From NCBI GenBank assembly GCA_904377845.1, contig CAJFGR010000002.1, positions 11,555 through 75,554 of the forward strand: 64,000 nucleotides of DNA, read 5' to 3'. The DNA is from an uncultured Ruminococcus sp. (GTDB lineage: Bacteria > Bacillota > Clostridia > Lachnospirales > Lachnospiraceae). Each line of letters starts with the position of its first letter. The stretch's first letter is position 1. Both the position numbers and the translations under genes were made by a program. A model generated the notes under the pieces. It saw only the letters and a program-made list of their open reading frames with translations. It was not told the origin of the DNA and did no database searches. Of this stretch, positions 18,186 to 28,548 are shown one piece after another.

Positions 18186-21062
18186 ATGACGAAAATGAGG
18201 GTACATGAACTGGCCAAAGAGCTGGGTATGGACAACAAAGAACTCGTAGACATTCTCCAGAAGAAAAATGTGGAGGTTAAGAATCATATGAGCACTGTTG
18301 AGGATAATGTGGCGGATGAGATCCGCAGGGAAGTTTCCTCAAAGGGAGAGAACAAGGCACAGTCCGGTGAGGATAAGAATGCGGCAAAACCGTCCGGACA
18401 GCCGGAGGCAAAGGAGGGAGCAGCGCCGAAAAAGAAAAATCTGGCGTTTGTGATCCGTCCGCAGAATTCCAGAAACAGCAGCAGAATTCAGGGGAACCGC
18501 CAGGCTCAGCGTCCGGCCCGTCCGGGCCAGCAGGGAGCCCGTCCGGTACAGGCAGGCTCACGTCCTGCACAGCCAGGTGCCCGTCCGGTACACAGTGCGC
18601 GTCCGGCAGGGGAGAGACCTGCACGCCCGGCGCACGGAACACGTCCGGCAGCTGAGAGCAGACCTGTACAGGAGGCAAAAGCAGCTGACGAACGCAAGGT
18701 TCAGACAGAACGTCCGGCGCAGAATACCCGTCCTGCACAGCCAGTACGTCCTGCGGCAGAAGGAAAGAGTACAGGAGAACACGCAGTACGCACAGAACGT
18801 CCGGCGCAGGCTGAGCGTCCTGCACAGAGCGGACGCCCGTCCGCTGAGGGAAGACCGGCAGGAGAGAGACCTGCACGCCCGGATCACGGTACGCACGGCG
18901 GACGTCAGGATGATAGAAGAGACAGCAGAAACAGTTCTGACCGTCAGATGCGGGGAGACAGACAGAACTCAGGAGACCGTCAGCCCAGAGGGGACAGGAA
19001 TTCCGGCGGACGTTCATTCGGCGGCGGAAACGGACGTCAGGGACGTCCGGAGAGGGGCGGACGCGACCAGAGAAACGGACAGGGACCTCGCTCTGACCGA
19101 AGAGATTCCCGCAGGGATGATATAAGCACTCCGGTTATGGAGCAGCAGAAGAGCCAGAGAAATAAAGCGAAGGACAAAGAACGCGACAATAAGAAGAAAG
19201 AATACAGAGACGAGGCGTTCGAGGGCAGAGGCAAGAAAGGAAGAAAGCAGAAGCAGGTGGCAGAAGCTAAGAAACCTCAGCCGAAAGAGGAGAAGAAAGA
19301 AGAGAAGATCAAACAGATTGTCATTCCTGAAGTCCTTACGATTCAGGAACTGGCTGACAAGATGAAAGTCGTTCCGTCTGTTATTATCAAGAAGCTTTTC
19401 CTTCAGGGAAAAGTTGTAACAGTGAATCAGGAGATCGATTATGAGACAGCAGAGGAAATCGCACTCGACTTCGATGTTCTCTGCGAAAAAGAAGAAGTTG
19501 TAGATGTGATCGAGGAGCTGCTGAAAGAAGACGAGGAAGATGAAAGCTTTATGGTGAAGCGTCCTCCGGTTGTCTGTGTTATGGGGCACGTTGACCACGG
19601 AAAGACTTCCCTGCTGGATGCAATCCGCCATACCAATGTGACAGACCGTGAGGCCGGCGGTATTACGCAGCATATCGGCGCTTATGTGGTAGAGGTAAAC
19701 GGTGAGAAGATTACTTTCCTCGATACTCCGGGACATGAGGCGTTTACGGCTATGCGTATGCGCGGCGCCAACTCCACAGATATCGCAATCCTTGTTGTTG
19801 CAGCGGATGACGGCGTAATGCCGCAGACTGTTGAGGCGATCAATCACGCCAAGGCGGCCGGCGTTGAGATTATTGTTGCGATTAATAAGATTGATAAACC
19901 GGGCGCTAATGTCGAGCGTGTAAAACAGGAACTGACAGAATATGAACTGATTCCGGAAGACTGGGGCGGAAGCACAATATTTGTCCCGGTATCAGCCCAT
20001 ACAAAAGAAGGAATTCCGGAACTGCTTGAGATGATTCTTCTGACTGCAGAAGTGATGGAGCTGAAAGCTAATCCGAACCGTGCGGCAAGAGGACTTGTCA
20101 TTGAGGCTGAACTTGACAAAGGAAAAGGTTCTGTCGCAACTGTGCTTGTACAGAAAGGTACGCTCCATGTGGGAGATGCGATTGCGGCCGGCAGTGCACA
20201 CGGCCGTGTGCGTGCGATGATGGATGACAAGGGAAGACGTGTCAAAGAGGCAGGTCCGTCCCAGCCGGTTGAGATTCTCGGTTTAAACGAAGTTCCGAAT
20301 GCGGGCGAGGTGTTCGTGGGATGCGAATCCGAGAAAGAGGCAAGAAACTTTGCTGAGACGTTTATCGCACAGAATAAAGTAAAACTTCTGGAAGAGACGA
20401 AATCAAGAATGTCACTGGATGATCTGTTCAACCAGATCCAGGAGGGCAACCTGAAAGAACTCAATATTGTAGTAAAAGCAGATGTACAGGGATCTGTAGA
20501 GGCTATGAAACAGAGCCTGTTAAAGCTTTCCAATGATGAAGTGGTCATCAAGGTGATCCACGGAGGAGTCGGTGCGATCAATGAATCTGATGTGATCCTC
20601 GCTTCAGCATCCAATGCAATTATCATCGGATTTAATGTGCGTCCGGATGCGACTGCAAAAGATATCGCAGAGCGTGAGGGCGTGGATATCAGACTGTACA
20701 GAGTCATCTACAATGCGATCGAGGATGTGGAAGCTGCCATGAAGGGTATGCTGGATCCGGTATTTGAAGAGAAAGTGCTCGGCCATGCGGAAGTCCGCCA
20801 GACATTCAAGGCTTCCGGTGTGGGAACGATCGCCGGAGCTTATGTACAGGATGGTATCTTCGAGAGAAACTGTTCTGTCCGCCTGATCCGCGACGGCGTT
20901 GTTGTGTTCGACGGCCCGCTGGCATCCCTGAAGAGATTCAAAGACGACGTCAAGGAAGTAAGGGCCGGGTACGAATGCGGTTTTGTATTTGAAAACTATA
21001 ATGATATTAAGGAAGGCGACAATGTAGAAGCCTATAAGATGGTGGAAGTAGAGAGAAAATAA
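18186..21062 (+). CDS. infB: Translation initiation factor IF-2
   Basis: The N-terminus reads [11 protein letters not shown]. The G domain carries [20 protein letters not shown] and NKID. A long low-complexity linker is present. Confidence 0.97.
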   Translation: MTKMRVHELAKELGMDNKELVDILQKKNVEVKNHMSTVEDNVADEIRREVSSKGENKAQSGEDKNAAKPSGQPEAKEGAAPKKKNLAFVIRPQNSRNSSRIQGNRQAQRPARPGQQGARPVQAGSRPAQPGARPVHSARPAGERPARPAHGTRPAAESRPVQEAKAADERKVQTERPAQNTRPAQPVRPAAEGKSTGEHAVRTERPAQAERPAQSGRPSAEGRPAGERPARPDHGTHGGRQDDRRDSRNSSDRQMRGDRQNSGDRQPRGDRNSGGRSFGGGNGRQGRPERGGRDQRNGQGPRSDRRDSRRDDISTPVMEQQKSQRNKAKDKERDNKKKEYRDEAFEGRGKKGRKQKQVAEAKKPQPKEEKKEEKIKQIVIPEVLTIQELADKMKVVPSVIIKKLFLQGKVVTVNQEIDYETAEEIALDFDVLCEKEEVVDVIEELLKEDEEDESFMVKRPPVVCVMGHVDHGKTSLLDAIRHTNVTDREAGGITQHIGAYVVEVNGEKITFLDTPGHEAFTAMRMRGANSTDIAILVVAADDGVMPQTVEAINHAKAAGVEIIVAINKIDKPGANVERVKQELTEYELIPEDWGGSTIFVPVSAHTKEGIPELLEMILLTAEVMELKANPNRAARGLVIEAELDKGKGSVATVLVQKGTLHVGDAIAAGSAHGRVRAMMDDKGRRVKEAGPSQPVEILGLNEVPNAGEVFVGCESEKEARNFAETFIAQNKVKLLEETKSRMSLDDLFNQIQEGNLKELNIVVKADVQGSVEAMKQSLLKLSNDEVVIKVIHGGVGAINESDVILASASNAIIIGFNVRPDATAKDIAEREGVDIRLYRVIYNAIEDVEAAMKGMLDPVFEEKVLGHAEVRQTFKASGVGTIAGAYVQDGIFERNCSVRLIRDGVVVFDGPLASLKRFKDDVKEVRAGYECGFVFENYNDIKEGDNVEAYKMVEVERK
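18486..19130 (+). repeat. In-frame degenerate repeats in infB encoding (A/S)RP(A/V)Q/ERPAR units followed by an R/D/G-rich tract
   Basis: ACAGAACGTCCGGCGCAG occurs at about 18705 and again at about 18791. GGAGAGAGACCTGCACGCCCGG occurs at about 18611 and about 18861. All copies are codon-phased within IF-2. Confidence 0.8.
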
Positions 21063-21085
21063 GTCTTCCGGAAAAAGGAGCGGCA

Positions 21086-21451
21086 ATGAGAAAAAACAGT
21101 ATTAAAAACACACGAATTAACGCTGAGGTCCAGCGGGAACTGAGCAACATCATACGCAGCGGGATCAAAGATCCGAGGGTTGCGCCGATGACTTCCGTGG
21201 TAGCTGTGGAAGTTGCTCCGGACTTAAAGACCTGTAAGGCATATATCAGTGTCCTGGGAGATGAGAAAGCCCAGCAGGATACGATCAAAGGCCTGCAGAG
21301 CGCGGAAGGATATATCCGCCGGGAGCTGGCGCATACGATCAATATGCGCAACACTCCGGAGATTCGTTTTATCGTGGACCAGTCCATAGAATATGGTGTA
21401 AATATCAGCAGAAAGATAGATGAAGTAACCCGTAATTTGGATAATGAGTAA
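21086..21451 (+). CDS. rbfA: Ribosome-binding factor A
   Basis: It has the RINAEVQRELSNIIRSGIKDPRV motif and lies downstream of infB. Confidence 0.93.
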   Translation: MRKNSIKNTRINAEVQRELSNIIRSGIKDPRVAPMTSVVAVEVAPDLKTCKAYISVLGDEKAQQDTIKGLQSAEGYIRRELAHTINMRNTPEIRFIVDQSIEYGVNISRKIDEVTRNLDNE

Positions 21452-21483
21452 AAGTCCGGCCATCAGGATCAGGCTGGACTGTT

Positions 21484-22488
21484 ATGACGATGGAGCTGAG
21501 AAATAGCATGAAAATTGTATTAGATGATATTCTGAAAGGAAAAGAAAGAGTTGCTCTGGGCGGCCATGTCCGTCCGGACGGCGACTGTGTGGGCTCTTGT
21601 ATGGGGCTGTATCTTTATCTGAAAGAGCAGTATCCGGATGTCCGCACAGACGTGTATCTTGAAGATGTACCGGAAGCATATCGCATCGTCCGGGGGACGG
21701 ATGAAGTGAAGACATCGACTCAGGACAATGATGTATATGACCTGTTTATCTGTCTGGACTGCGGCGATACCCAGCGCCTGGGATTTTCCAGACCTCTGTT
21801 CGAAAATGCGAAGGAGACACTGTGTATTGACCACCATATAAGCAATGATGCATTTGCGGACCACAATTATATTGTGCCGGATGCAAGCTCAACATCGGAA
21901 CTCGTATTCACTCTGATCGATGAAGAGAAGATCAGTCTTCAATGTGCCGAGGCGCTTTATATGGGAATTGTACATGATACAGGAGTCTTTCAGTATTCCT
22001 GCACTTCACCGGAGACGATGGAGACGGCTGCAAAACTGATGCGCAAAGGAATCGACAGCAATAAGATTATTGATAAAACATATTATGAAAAGACCTACAT
22101 ACAGAATCAGATCCTCGGACGCGCACTGCTCGAGAGTATGCTTATTATGGATAAAAAGTGTATCGTGTCGGTGATCCGGCAGAGATCCATGGAATTCTTT
22201 CAGGCAAAACCTTCAGATCTGGAGGGCATAGTAAGCCAGCTCAGACAGACAAAGGGAGTGGAAGTTGCCATCTTCCTGCATGAACTGAGTCCGCAGAAGT
22301 TCAAGGTCAGCCTTCGTTCCAAAGAAAAAGTAGACGTAAGCGAGATTGCAAAATACTTTGGCGGAGGCGGTCACGTCCGGGCAGCCGGCGTGACAATGGA
22401 GGGATCCAGCCATGATGTGATCAATAACATTACGGCGAGAATTGCCCTTCAGTTAAAACACGGGGAAGAACAGGATACAGAAAAATGA
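21484..22488 (+). CDS. nrnA: DHH/DHHA1 phosphoesterase, NrnA-like nanoRNase / pAp phosphatase
   Basis: It has the DHH motifs HVRPDGDCVGS, DCGD and IDHH, and the C-terminal GGGGH motif. Confidence 0.85.
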   Translation: MTMELRNSMKIVLDDILKGKERVALGGHVRPDGDCVGSCMGLYLYLKEQYPDVRTDVYLEDVPEAYRIVRGTDEVKTSTQDNDVYDLFICLDCGDTQRLGFSRPLFENAKETLCIDHHISNDAFADHNYIVPDASSTSELVFTLIDEEKISLQCAEALYMGIVHDTGVFQYSCTSPETMETAAKLMRKGIDSNKIIDKTYYEKTYIQNQILGRALLESMLIMDKKCIVSVIRQRSMEFFQAKPSDLEGIVSQLRQTKGVEVAIFLHELSPQKFKVSLRSKEKVDVSEIAKYFGGGGHVRAAGVTMEGSSHDVINNITARIALQLKHGEEQDTEK

Positions 22489-23414
22489 TCAACGGAATCC
22501 TGAATATATATAAAGAAAAAGGATATACTTCCCACGATGTGGTCGCCCGTCTGCGGGGAATTGTGGGACAGAAAAAGATCGGACATACGGGCACCCTTGA
22601 TCCGGAGGCGGAGGGGGTGCTCCCTGTCTGTCTCGGGCGTGCAACAAAGGTGTGCGATATACTGACCGATAAGGACAAGACCTATGAGACTGTACTGCTG
22701 CTGGGGATTGTGACTGATACACAGGATACGACAGGACAGATTTTGGAGAATCATCCGGTTACCGCCGCGACAAATGAGATCCGGAAGTGTATTATGGGTT
22801 TTGTGGGAGAATATGATCAGATCCCGCCAATGTATTCAGCGCTCAAGGTTGGGGGCAGAAAGCTTTATGAACTTGCCCGAGAAGGAAAGACAGTGGAGAG
22901 AAAGAGCCGAAAGGTAATCATCCATGATATCCGGATCAAAGAGATATGTCTTCCCCGTGTCTGTATGGAAGTAGACTGCTCCAAAGGAACTTATATTCGG
23001 ACACTGTGCCATGATATCGGTGAAAGGCTTGGATGCGGCGGTTGTATGGACCAGCTGCTGCGTACCCGTGTCGGACAGTTCCCCATTGAGAAAAGTCTTC
23101 GGCTTGAACAGGTGGAACAGTTCGCAAAGGAAGACAGGCTGAAGGAAATTCTGATTCCTGTGGACTCGCTTTTTTCATCTTACAGGAAGTACAGGCTGAA
23201 GCCGCGATATGATTCTTCCGGACATAATGGCAACCCGCTTGAAAAGAGACATTTCTTTGAAGGTACAGGCGGTGCTGAAGAAACATTTCGGGCAGGGGAG
23301 ATGGTGCGGATTTATGACAGCAGAGGAAATTTTATCGGTATTTATCAGTATGACAGTAAAAAAGACAGGTTCCGTCCGGAGAAGATGTTTCTTGATCCGG
23401 AGACAATTCAGTGA
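22485..23414 (+). CDS. truB: tRNA pseudouridine(55) synthase
   Basis: It has the GHTGTLDPEAEGVLPVCLG catalytic Asp motif and a C-terminal PUA-like region. There is a 4-nt ATGA overlap with nrnA. Confidence 0.93.
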   Translation: MINGILNIYKEKGYTSHDVVARLRGIVGQKKIGHTGTLDPEAEGVLPVCLGRATKVCDILTDKDKTYETVLLLGIVTDTQDTTGQILENHPVTAATNEIRKCIMGFVGEYDQIPPMYSALKVGGRKLYELAREGKTVERKSRKVIIHDIRIKEICLPRVCMEVDCSKGTYIRTLCHDIGERLGCGGCMDQLLRTRVGQFPIEKSLRLEQVEQFAKEDRLKEILIPVDSLFSSYRKYRLKPRYDSSGHNGNPLEKRHFFEGTGGAEETFRAGEMVRIYDSRGNFIGIYQYDSKKDRFRPEKMFLDPETIQ

Positions 23415-23447
23415 ACAATGACCGATATATAAGAGAAGAGGATTGAC

Positions 23448-24338
23448 ATGAGACACATTACAGGAATCGAAGCCTACAGCGGAAAGAAGAAAACTGCTGT
23501 CACTCTGGGAAAATTTGACGGACTGCACCTTGGTCACCAGAAACTGATTGACAGAATCAGAAATTATGCATCCGGGGAGTGCGAGAGTGTGGTATGCGCA
23601 TTCGATATGCACAGGGAATCACTGATGACCGGCAGGGAGAGAAGGGAGCATCTGGAAGACAGAGTTGACTGGCTGATCGACCAGCCTTTTACAAAAGAGT
23701 TCCGGGAAATTGAAGCAGAAGAGTTTGTAGAGAAAATTCTGTGTGGTATCCTGCACGCGGAGCATATTGTTGTAGGAACAGATTTCAATTTCGGATACGG
23801 AAAGCGCGGAAATGTTGCCATGCTTCAGGAAATGGCGGAGAAATATAATTATACAGTGGATGTAATTGAAAAAGAGAGATATCTGGGTACTGTGATCAGC
23901 AGCACCTATATCAAGGATGCGCTTTCCCAGGGTGATGTAAAGCTGGCCGAGCGCCTGCTCGGATATCCCTATGGACTGACAGGGATTGTACAGCACGGAA
24001 AGCAGCTCGGCCGTACGCTTGGCTTTCCGACCATGAATATCGAGCCTGAGGAGAACAAAATCCTTCCCCGTTTCGGTGTGTATGCCTGCCGGGTAAGGAT
24101 TGACGGAAAATGGTACAATGCAGTCGGCAATGCAGGGATCAAGCCGACTGTGACGGATGAGCACCGCCGGCTTCTGGAAGTATTTGTCTACGGGTATGAG
24201 GGAGACGCTTATGGCAAAGAAATTACAGCGCAGTTCTGTGACTTTGAAAGACCGGAGACAAAGTTCGGCTCTGTGGAGGAGCTGAAAGACAACGTGATGC
24301 GGGATATGCGTTACGGGGAGAGGTATTTTGCTGACTAA
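23448..24338 (+). CDS. ribF: Bifunctional riboflavin kinase / FMN adenylyltransferase
   Basis: It has the GKFDGLHLGHQKLI nucleotidyltransferase motif and a C-terminal riboflavin kinase domain (GFPTMN). Confidence 0.92.
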   Translation: MRHITGIEAYSGKKKTAVTLGKFDGLHLGHQKLIDRIRNYASGECESVVCAFDMHRESLMTGRERREHLEDRVDWLIDQPFTKEFREIEAEEFVEKILCGILHAEHIVVGTDFNFGYGKRGNVAMLQEMAEKYNYTVDVIEKERYLGTVISSTYIKDALSQGDVKLAERLLGYPYGLTGIVQHGKQLGRTLGFPTMNIEPEENKILPRFGVYACRVRIDGKWYNAVGNAGIKPTVTDEHRRLLEVFVYGYEGDAYGKEITAQFCDFERPETKFGSVEELKDNVMRDMRYGERYFAD

Positions 24339-24346
24339 AAAACATC

Positions 24347-24375
24347 TTTACAATCTCCGGGGCGTATGCTATACT
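24347..24375 (+). promoter_or_regulatory. Sigma-A promoter of rpsO (TTTACA, 17-nt spacer, TGcTATACT)
   Basis: TTTACA lies at 24347-24352 and an extended -10 at 24367-24375. It is followed by a leader of about 90 nt. Confidence 0.65.
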
Positions 24376-24469
24376 AGGCAAGGTTAAAGCCGGTGTTCGG
24401 TAATCGGATCACTCCGACCATTACTTAATATCAGGCGTTTTATCAAAGTATTTTAAGGAGGATATGAAA

Positions 24470-24736
24470 ATGATCGCAAAAGACAAGAAACAGGCAATCA
24501 TCAAAGAGTATGGAAGAACAGAGGGTGACACAGGTTCACCGGAGGTACAGGTAGCAATCCTGACAGCAAGAATCAACGAGCTGACAGAGCACTTCAAGGC
24601 TAATCCGAAGGATCACCACTCAAGAAGAGGACTTCTTAAGATGGTAGGTCAGAGAAGAGGACTTCTTGCATACTTAAAGAAAGTGGACATCGAGAGATAT
24701 CGTTCACTGATCGAGAGACTCGGACTCAGAAAATAA
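24470..24736 (+). CDS. rpsO: 30S ribosomal protein S15
   Basis: The sequence [45 protein letters not shown] is diagnostic. The ATG at 24470 is 8 nt after GGAGG. The ATG at 24464 is too close to the SD. Confidence 0.95.
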   Translation: MIAKDKKQAIIKEYGRTEGDTGSPEVQVAILTARINELTEHFKANPKDHHSRRGLLKMVGQRRGLLAYLKKVDIERYRSLIERLGLRK

Positions 24737-24760
24737 TCCGGGCTTTGATATGGACAACAG

Positions 24761-24792
24761 CGGGACAGAAAAATCTGTCCCGTTCTTTTTTT
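24761..24792 (+). terminator. Rho-independent terminator after rpsO
   Basis: CGGGACAG-aaaaat-CTGTCCCG is followed by TTCTTTTTTT. Confidence 0.85.
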
Positions 24793-24801
24793 CGATTATA
24801 T

Positions 24802-24830
24802 TTGCCTTAGTGTTTTTATTATGCTATAAT
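24802..24830 (+). promoter_or_regulatory. Sigma-A promoter of pnp (TTGCCT, 17-nt spacer, TGcTATAAT)
   Basis: An extended -10 TGCTATAAT lies at 24822-24830 and a -35-like TTGCCT at 24802-24807. Confidence 0.6.
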
Positions 24831-24858
24831 ATTTAAGATTGCGGACAGTTTCACGTAA

Positions 24859-24915
24859 CCGAGACCACTGAAAAGCATATTAAGAGCTTTTTAATGTGTT
24901 TTTCAGTAGTTTCGG
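24859..24915 (+). promoter_or_regulatory. Long imperfect hairpin in the pnp 5' leader
   Basis: The 5' arm CCGAGACCACTGAAAAGCATATTAA (24859-24883) pairs with the 3' arm TTAATGTGTTTTTCAGTAGTTTCGG (24891-24915). The stem is about 25 bp with a few mismatches or GU pairs. Confidence 0.55.
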
Positions 24916-24961
24916 AGACACCTGCCCGCAGGAAAAATCGATTGATAAAAAGGAGAATAAG

Positions 24962-27049
24962 ATGTACAAAAAGTATGAAATGGAACTCGCAGGCAGAACG
25001 CTGCGCGTGGATGTCGACAGAGTTGCAAAGCAGGCCAACGGCGCAGTTCTTATGCATTATGGCGACACGACCGTGCTCTGTACTGCAACTGCATCCGACA
25101 AACCGAGAGAGGGAATTGATTTCTTCCCGTTGAGTGTAGAGTATAATGAAAGAATGTATTCTGTAGGAAAAATCCCGGGAGGATTTAATAAGAGAGAGGG
25201 AAAAGCATCTGAGAATGCGATCCTGACAGACCGTGTTATTGACCGCCCGATGCGTCCGCTCTTCCCGAAAGATTACAGAAATGATGTGACACTGGAGAAC
25301 CTTGTTATGTCTGTAGAGCAGGACTGCAGCCCGGAACTGACTGCAATGCTCGGAGCGTCTATCGCGACAAGCATTTCTGATATCCCATTTGACGGCCCGA
25401 TCTCCACTACACAGGTCGGACTTATCGACGGAGAGTTTGTATTCAATCCGACTGCTGCACAGAAAGAGGTTTCTGAACTTGCTCTTACAGTTGCTTCTAC
25501 AAAGGAAAAGGTCATCATGATCGAGGCGGGCGCAAATGAAGTGCCGGAGGATAAGATGATCGAGGCTATTTTTGCTGCACATGAGCTGAATCAGAAAGTG
25601 ATCGCTTTCTTTGACACGATCGTAGCAGAGTGCGGCAAACCGAAACACGAGTATCAGAGCTTTGCAGTTCCGCAGGAACTTTTCGACGCAATCCAGAAGA
25701 TTGTTACTCCGGAGGAGATGGAAGAGGCTGTATTCACGGATGACAAGCAGACAAGAGAAGAGAATATCCGTGTGATCACAGATAAGCTTGCTGAGGCCTT
25801 CGCAGATAATGAAGAATGGCTGGACAAGCTGGGTGAGGCTGTATATCAGTATCAGAAAAAGACAGTAAGAAAGATGATCCTCAAAGATCACAAACGTCCG
25901 GACGGACGTGCCATCGATCAGATCAGACCGCTTGCGGCTGAAGTTGATCTGATCCCGAGAGTACACGGCTCTGCCATGTTCACAAGAGGACAGACACAGA
26001 TCTGTACAGTGACTACGCTGGCGCCGCTTTCTGAGGCTCAGAGACTGGACGGTCTCGACGAGGCTGAGACGTCCAAGAGATATATGCATCACTATAATTT
26101 CCCGTCTTATTCTGTGGGCGAGACAAAACCGTCCAGAGGACCTGGACGCCGCGAGATCGGACACGGCGCACTTGCGGAGAGGGCTCTGCTGCCGGTACTT
26201 CCGAGCGAGGCGGATTTCCCGTATGCGATCCGTACGGTATCCGAGACATTCGAGTCCAACGGATCTACGTCCCAGGCGAGCGTGTGTGCTTCCAGTATGT
26301 CGCTTATGACTGCCGGCGTACCGATCAAAGCTCCGGTAGCGGGAATCTCCTGTGGACTGGTGACAGGTGAGACAGATGATGATTATCTTGTACTGACTGA
26401 TATTCAGGGGCTGGAAGACTTCTTCGGAGATATGGACTTTAAGGTTGCAGGTACACATAAAGGTATCACTGCGATCCAGATGGATATTAAGATCCACGGC
26501 CTTACAAGACCGATCATCGAGGAGGCTATCGCAGCTACAAGAAAGGCAAGACTCTATATTATCGATGAAGTCATGAATAAGGCGATCGCTGAACCGAGAC
26601 CGGAAGTAGGACCGTATGCACCGAAGATCATCCAGATGCAGATCGACCCGCAGAAGATCGGCGATGTAGTCGGACAGAGAGGAAAGACGATCAATGCCAT
26701 TATCGAACAGACAGGCGTTAAGATCGATATCGAAGATGATGGTTCCGTATCCATCTGCGGTACAGAGAAAGAGGGGATGGATAAGGCAGCAAAACTCATT
26801 CATACAATTGTCACGGATTTTGAGGCCGGACAGGTGTTCGAGGGAAAGGTTGTCAGCATTAAAGATTTCGGAGCATTCCTCGAGTTTGCACCGGGCAAAG
26901 AGGGACTTGTACACATTTCCAAGATTGCAAAGCACAGAGTAAATAAAGTAGAGGATGTTCTTGCTCTCGGCGATGTTGTCAAGGCAGTATGCCTCGGAAA
27001 AGACAAGATGGGAAGATTCAGCTTCAGTATCAGGGATGTAGCTGAATAA
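24962..27049 (+). CDS. pnp: Polyribonucleotide nucleotidyltransferase (PNPase)
   Basis: It has two RNase PH domains, a KH domain (GPYAPKI...IGDVVGQRGKTI) and an S1 domain (GQVFEGKVVSIKDFGAFLEF). The ATG at 24962 follows AAAAGGAGA. Confidence 0.96.
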   Translation: MYKKYEMELAGRTLRVDVDRVAKQANGAVLMHYGDTTVLCTATASDKPREGIDFFPLSVEYNERMYSVGKIPGGFNKREGKASENAILTDRVIDRPMRPLFPKDYRNDVTLENLVMSVEQDCSPELTAMLGASIATSISDIPFDGPISTTQVGLIDGEFVFNPTAAQKEVSELALTVASTKEKVIMIEAGANEVPEDKMIEAIFAAHELNQKVIAFFDTIVAECGKPKHEYQSFAVPQELFDAIQKIVTPEEMEEAVFTDDKQTREENIRVITDKLAEAFADNEEWLDKLGEAVYQYQKKTVRKMILKDHKRPDGRAIDQIRPLAAEVDLIPRVHGSAMFTRGQTQICTVTTLAPLSEAQRLDGLDEAETSKRYMHHYNFPSYSVGETKPSRGPGRREIGHGALAERALLPVLPSEADFPYAIRTVSETFESNGSTSQASVCASSMSLMTAGVPIKAPVAGISCGLVTGETDDDYLVLTDIQGLEDFFGDMDFKVAGTHKGITAIQMDIKIHGLTRPIIEEAIAATRKARLYIIDEVMNKAIAEPRPEVGPYAPKIIQMQIDPQKIGDVVGQRGKTINAIIEQTGVKIDIEDDGSVSICGTEKEGMDKAAKLIHTIVTDFEAGQVFEGKVVSIKDFGAFLEFAPGKEGLVHISKIAKHRVNKVEDVLALGDVVKAVCLGKDKMGRFSFSIRDVAE

Positions 27050-27135
27050 GACATAATGGACAATGATATGACGTGCGGCACCGCTGTGGCAATACGGCGG
27101 GCCGCGCGTCTGTTTTATCAGATGGAGGAATCGTG

Positions 27136-28455
27136 ATGGAACAGATGACTTTATTTGGAAATGACAGGGCAATGACGCCGCTTGCAAGCCGGCTGCGCCC
27201 GGACTCTCTGGACGACTTTGTTGGTCAGCAGCATCTGGTAGGGCCGGGGAGGATCCTGCGCCAGCTGATCGAGAGGGATCAGATATCCTCCATGATCTTC
27301 TGGGGACCTCCGGGCGTGGGAAAGACTACCCTTGCAAGTATCATAGCAGGAAAGACAAAGTCCGAATTTATTAACTTCAGCGCGGTCACAAGTGGAATTA
27401 AAGAAATCAAAGAGGTGATGAACAGGGCGGAGATGAGCAGGAGAGTGGGGATGCGCACAGTCCTGTTTGTGGATGAGATTCACCGCTTTAACAAGGCTCA
27501 GCAGGATGCGTTCCTTCCATATGTAGAGCGGGGCAGTATTATACTGATCGGCGCCACGACGGAGAATCCATCCTTTGAGATCAATGCGGCGCTTCTTTCA
27601 AGATGCCGTGTCTTTGTTCTGAAAGCACTGGAGGAGGATGACCTTGTAAAACTTCTGGAAAATGCTCTGAAGAATCCTGCCGGCTTCGGGAATCAGAATG
27701 TGGTGATATCTCCGGAAAATTTGCGCGCCATTGCCGCATTTGCAAACGGCGATGCAAGGACTGCGCTCAATACGCTTGAGATGGCTGTCTTAAACGGAGA
27801 AATCAGTGCAAAAGGAATTAAGGTTACGACGGAAGGACTTTCTCAGTGCATCAGCAGAAAATCTCTTTTGTATGATAAGACCGGAGAGGAACATTATAAT
27901 CTGATCTCAGCCCTTCATAAATCCATGAGAAACAGTGATCCGGACGCTGCCGTCTACTGGATGATGCGTATGCTGGAAGGCGGAGAGAATCCGCTGTACA
28001 TTGCCCGGCGTCTGATCCGGTTCGCAAGTGAAGACGTGGGTATGGCAGACAGCCGTGCACTTCAGGTGGCTGTGGCGGCTTATCAGGCCTGCCATTTTCT
28101 CGGAATGCCCGAGTGCGATGTTCATCTTACCCATGCGGTTGTCTATCTTTCCATGGCGCCCAAATCAAATGCTCTTTATACAGCCTGCGAAGCGGCAAAA
28201 AGAGATGTCAGGACTCTGCGGGCAGAGCCGGTACCTATGCAGATCCGCAACGCGGTCACAGGACTTATGAAAGAACAGGGTTACGGAAAGGGCTATGAGT
28301 ATGCACACGATACGGAGGAAAAACTGACCCATATGCAGTGTATGCCGGACAGCCTGAAAGACCGGATTTATTATCATCCGACACGGGAAGGCGAGGAGAA
28401 GAAGACGGCAGAGCGCTTGGAGGAGATACGCAGATTCCGGGAAGAACATTTTTGA
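27136..28455 (+). CDS. rarA: Replication-associated recombination protein A (RarA/MgsA AAA+ ATPase)
   Basis: It has MTPLASRLRP..LDDFVGQQHL, Walker A GPPGVGKTT, Walker B VLFVDEIHRFNK and the C-terminal MgsA domain (YDLISALHKSMRNSDPDAA-like). Confidence 0.92.
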   Translation: MEQMTLFGNDRAMTPLASRLRPDSLDDFVGQQHLVGPGRILRQLIERDQISSMIFWGPPGVGKTTLASIIAGKTKSEFINFSAVTSGIKEIKEVMNRAEMSRRVGMRTVLFVDEIHRFNKAQQDAFLPYVERGSIILIGATTENPSFEINAALLSRCRVFVLKALEEDDLVKLLENALKNPAGFGNQNVVISPENLRAIAAFANGDARTALNTLEMAVLNGEISAKGIKVTTEGLSQCISRKSLLYDKTGEEHYNLISALHKSMRNSDPDAAVYWMMRMLEGGENPLYIARRLIRFASEDVGMADSRALQVAVAAYQACHFLGMPECDVHLTHAVVYLSMAPKSNALYTACEAAKRDVRTLRAEPVPMQIRNAVTGLMKEQGYGKGYEYAHDTEEKLTHMQCMPDSLKDRIYYHPTREGEEKKTAERLEEIRRFREEHF

Positions 28456-28548
28456 GAATTTAACAAAGAAGTCAGTTGTTTACGCTTATAAAATACCCGA
28501 AAAAAGCTCAGACTATCCGTAAGTGCTTTTAAGAGAGGGATACTTATC

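Noticed and set aside
18486-19130. Periodic repeats that could superficially suggest a CRISPR-like or tandem-repeat locus.
   Set aside because: The repeats are degenerate, codon-phased and lie inside the IF-2 reading frame. There is no repeat/spacer regularity and no cas genes.
18277-20707. Several long ORFs overlap infB on both strands (for example 18277-19017, 18577-19125, 19014-19847 and 19844-20707).
   Set aside because: They lie in alternative or antisense frames of the IF-2 low-complexity and G-domain regions. Their products are Pro/Arg/Ser/Cys-rich nonsense. IF-2 is unambiguous in the sense frame.
24851-27187. A 778-aa ORF on the minus strand spans all of pnp and is longer than pnp itself.
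   Set aside because: It is codon-for-codon antisense to pnp (27185 and 24962 are in the same phase). It therefore stays open simply because pnp avoids the sense codons TTA, CTA and TCA, which is a codon-bias effect in a highly expressed gene. The predicted product is Cys/Ser/Arg/Leu-rich with no motif and no SD. PNPase has every expected domain.
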